From Candidatus Nanoarchaeia archaeon (lineage in GTDB: Archaea > Nanobdellota > Nanobdellia > Woesearchaeales > JACPBV01): a DNA stretch of 64,000 bases. Each line of letters begins with the position of its first letter. The first letter of the stretch is position 1. Of this stretch, positions 61,438-64,000 are shown in pieces. The translations under genes and the position numbers were made by a program. The notes under the pieces are model-generated. The model was not told where the DNA came from, did no database searches, and saw only the letters and a program-made list of their open reading frames with translations. Location: contig JANQNH010000008.1 of the NCBI GenBank assembly GCA_028279655.1, positions 5,012 through 69,011 of the forward strand, in the 5' to 3' direction.

Positions 61438-64000
61438 ATGAGATTAGGCAACTTTTTGAAAAAAACCAGAGGCAGATTGTCTCTGAACAAAATAGGAGGT
61501 GAAAAAGAAATGAAAGAAGAAGTGATAGAAAGGAAAGCGACAGAGGAGATAAGAAAAACTGAAGCAACCAAGGGGAGAAAATTTACTTCAGTTTGGAGTA
61601 TGTTCGCTCTAGTCGCTCTTTATTTGCCTTTCGTCACTTCAATTTTTGATATTCACCTAGCGAGAGCTCTAAACTTCTGGAAGAAGTCGGGGAAGGTTGC
61701 TCTGGTAGTTGCTGTTTTTGTTCTTGGATGTTCTGCTGTTTTGGCAGGAAATGTCATAGTCAAAGGAGGGGAACTGAACGTTACTGACAAAGCTTATATG
61801 GGCTCTGATCTGTTGTTTACTAATGCCAGTAATGTTGGTATTGGGACAAAAACACCTGGACAGAGACTCAGCATAGAAGGGTTTGGAACAGTTAATGAGG
61901 ATGTGTTAAGAGTCAACAATCAAGGTGACTTTTCATCAAGGATATGGTTGCGTAATCAAGGTAGATCATCATACATTGTACAGTCTGGTGGTACTCCAGA
62001 TACTTTAGCAACAGGGATTCTTGCACAAAGCCTGTCTATTGGAATAAATTCTGCTGAGGCAATACAGTTCTGGAATGGGGCTACTGCTGCTGTAAGGATG
62101 ACTATTGGAAGCCTTGGGAATGTAGGTATAGGAACTGCAACACCTGTCCATAAACTAGAAGTAGCTGGTTCTATGAATGTTTCTGGAGATTTGAATGTTA
62201 GTGGCGTGATTACTGGTGATGGATCAGGGATTACTGGTATAGATGCACAAGGCGGCGGTTGGAGTAATAACTCTAAAAACACAAATACATCACTAAATGT
62301 GGAGGTGTTTGGCAATCTTACTGTGAATAACTCAGTATTTTTTGTTAACAGAGACAGCGGTAAAATCGGGATTGGGACCATCAGTCCTATTGTCAGTCTG
62401 GTCATCAACAGCACAAACAACGATCCACTGCATCTGCACACTAACAGAAGCGAGAACTATATCAATCTATATGAAAATGGGGTAAGAACTTGGGCTTTCG
62501 GACACGATGCTGGACTTGCACCTGATTCGTTCTTGATCTACGACAGTGCTGCAGGCAAGACCCCATTTAAGATCCGGCTTTCCAGTGAGGAGAATACATT
62601 AGTATTGGATGGAGGACTAGCTGGTATCGGAACGGGCAGTCCATCATCTACCTTACATATTAACAGTTCTGATGTTGATGGTGCTTTGAGAGTTACAAAT
62701 ACTTCTGGGAGTGCAATATTCCTGGTTAATGGAAGTAATGGTAGAGTTGGGATCGGGACTTCAAGTCCTAATGCAAGATTACAGATTGACAGAGATGATT
62801 CAGGAGCAGTAAACTTAAAGCTTAATGCACCATCTACAGGAAATCAAGATCCTATTGCACAATGGGAAGTTGAAGGGGCAGAAAAATTAAAGATATATGT
62901 AGATGAAAGTGATGGAAACAAAACAAAATTCAGAGTCAATAACACCATAATGGCACTAGCTATTGATAAAGCAGGCAACATGGGGATAGGGACTACTGCT
63001 CCTGCACATAAACTTGAGGTAGCTGGTTCTATGAATGTCAGTGGAGATCTGAATGTATCTGGGATGATAACAGGAGATGGGTCTGGACTTAGCAACCTAG
63101 CAGGGTCTATGATTAATGGTACAGATATTAACCAAACAAGAATCCGTGCTGGAATGATTGAAGCCTATGGATCGTTTAATCATAGTCTTGACAATAATAC
63201 CTTGTTTGTTGATTCAATTAACAATAGAATTGGTGTTGGGACTACTTCGCCTTCAACATTATTCCATGTACTTGGAGATGATACTTCAGGAGATTCTGAA
63301 GGGGGATTTTGGTTAACAGGAGCAAATCACCCTGATTTTAGGATTATTGATGGAAACAGCGGGAATACTGCAGCTGTGCTAAAGGATGCTCAGGGAGCAG
63401 GTGCTTCTGGTGGAATAATGGAGTTGTGGTATAACGATGTTCCCATGGCTCAGATCACCTATATTGGAGATAGTTATCTTACTGGAGGGGATCTTGGAAT
63501 TGGAACAAAGATTCCTGGTTCTCTATTGCATATCAATGGAACAGGTAATCTATTGAATATCAGTAATTCTACAGATACCTTCTTGTTTGTTAATGGAACT
63601 AATGGTAGGATTGGAATCGGAACTGCGACCCCTAGTTATGGTTTGCATATAGCTGGTAGAGTTGGCCCTTATGAATTAGGGATTGGATCTATTGCGGATG
63701 ATGGTGGTTTGGCCCTCCTTAATGCTAGTGGGATTGATAAGGCAGGGATTCGATCCGATGCCTCTGGAGGATTAACATTCCATACGGGTAGAGCTGATCA
63801 AGCTTCAGAAAGGATGGTAATTGACAACTCTGGCAATGTAGGTATAGGGGATACTGCACCGGTTCATGCTCTTGACATAACAGGGAGCATCCTAGCTAGC
63901 GGAGATATAAATGCTACTGGGAAATTCTATGGAGATGGCTCTGAGCTAACTGGGATAACTGCTAGTGGAGATGGCACTGGTGGTTGGACCAATACTTCTA
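61438..64000 (+). CDS. Large membrane-anchored protein with tail-fibre-like G(N/R)VGIGT repeats (runs off window; not in ORF track)
   Basis: ATG after GAGGTGA; hydrophobic N-terminal segments; ten xGIG(T/D)/GVGT repeats between 61831 and 63853; no in-frame stop noticed. Confidence 0.85.
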   Translation, partial: MRLGNFLKKTRGRLSLNKIGGEKEMKEEVIERKATEEIRKTEATKGRKFTSVWSMFALVALYLPFVTSIFDIHLARALNFWKKSGKVALVVAVFVLGCSAVLAGNVIVKGGELNVTDKAYMGSDLLFTNASNVGIGTKTPGQRLSIEGFGTVNEDVLRVNNQGDFSSRIWLRNQGRSSYIVQSGGTPDTLATGILAQSLSIGINSAEAIQFWNGATAAVRMTIGSLGNVGIGTATPVHKLEVAGSMNVSGDLNVSGVITGDGSGITGIDAQGGGWSNNSKNTNTSLNVEVFGNLTVNNSVFFVNRDSGKIGIGTISPIVSLVINSTNNDPLHLHTNRSENYINLYENGVRTWAFGHDAGLAPDSFLIYDSAAGKTPFKIRLSSEENTLVLDGGLAGIGTGSPSSTLHINSSDVDGALRVTNTSGSAIFLVNGSNGRVGIGTSSPNARLQIDRDDSGAVNLKLNAPSTGNQDPIAQWEVEGAEKLKIYVDESDGNKTKFRVNNTIMALAIDKAGNMGIGTTAPAHKLEVAGSMNVSGDLNVSGMITGDGSGLSNLAGSMINGTDINQTRIRAGMIEAYGSFNHSLDNNTLFVDSINNRIGVGTTSPSTLFHVLGDDTSGDSEGGFWLTGANHPDFRIIDGNSGNTAAVLKDAQGAGASGGIMELWYNDVPMAQITYIGDSYLTGGDLGIGTKIPGSLLHINGTGNLLNISNSTDTFLFVNGTNGRIGIGTATPSYGLHIAGRVGPYELGIGSIADDGGLALLNASGIDKAGIRSDASGGLTFHTGRADQASERMVIDNSGNVGIGDTAPVHALDITGSILASGDINATGKFYGDGSELTGITASGDGTGGWTNTS

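Noticed and set aside
1-64000. CRISPR array, cas genes, rRNA, reverse transcriptase/DGR or IS transposase
   Set aside because: No regularly spaced repeats or diagnostic motifs were seen. The duplicated block in the fibre-like gene differs mostly at synonymous sites, not in an adenine-specific way.

Overview
The window looks like a DPANN archaeal chromosome, most consistent with Woesearchaeota. The evidence is GAGGTGA/GGTGA Shine-Dalgarno sites, BRE/TATA promoters, an archaeal initiator tRNA, bulge-helix-bulge (BHB) tRNA introns, NreA, TrmB, KaiC-like ATPases and giant LamG surface proteins. Host genes at 1-29.1 kb include a type IV pilus ATPase with two TadC-like proteins, a KaiC-like cluster, rsmI, alaS, dus, nreA, a dehydratase/activase operon, tRNA-Gly, smc, vapBC, rnhB, a LAGLIDADG-HTH gene and tRNA-iMet. 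Host genes at 52.4-64 kb include tRNA-Ser, a transglutaminase, a CDF transporter, a four-repeat RHH-like regulator and two giant adhesin-like genes. Between them lies a ~23.2 kb integrated element (29207-52387) inserted at the extreme 3' end of a two-intron tRNA-Ser(GCT) through an 8-bp core, AAACGCCG. The element has a tyrosine integrase, a FtsK/HerA-type ATPase and a membrane/surface-protein operon, but no recognisable capsid, terminase, portal or replicase, so it may be a non-tailed enveloped virus or a transfer element. The main observation is that the att core lies inside a gene. Rejoining the ends fuses, in frame, an AbrB-like ORF at the right end to an orphan Zn-finger ORF at the left end. 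That gene shares a mirror-symmetric divergent promoter with a second, unannotated AbrB-like gene, which suggests an integration-controlled genetic switch. A dispersed family of structured palindromic intergenic elements and two apparent non-canonical start codons were also seen. All protein calls come from motif recognition by eye; no searches were run.
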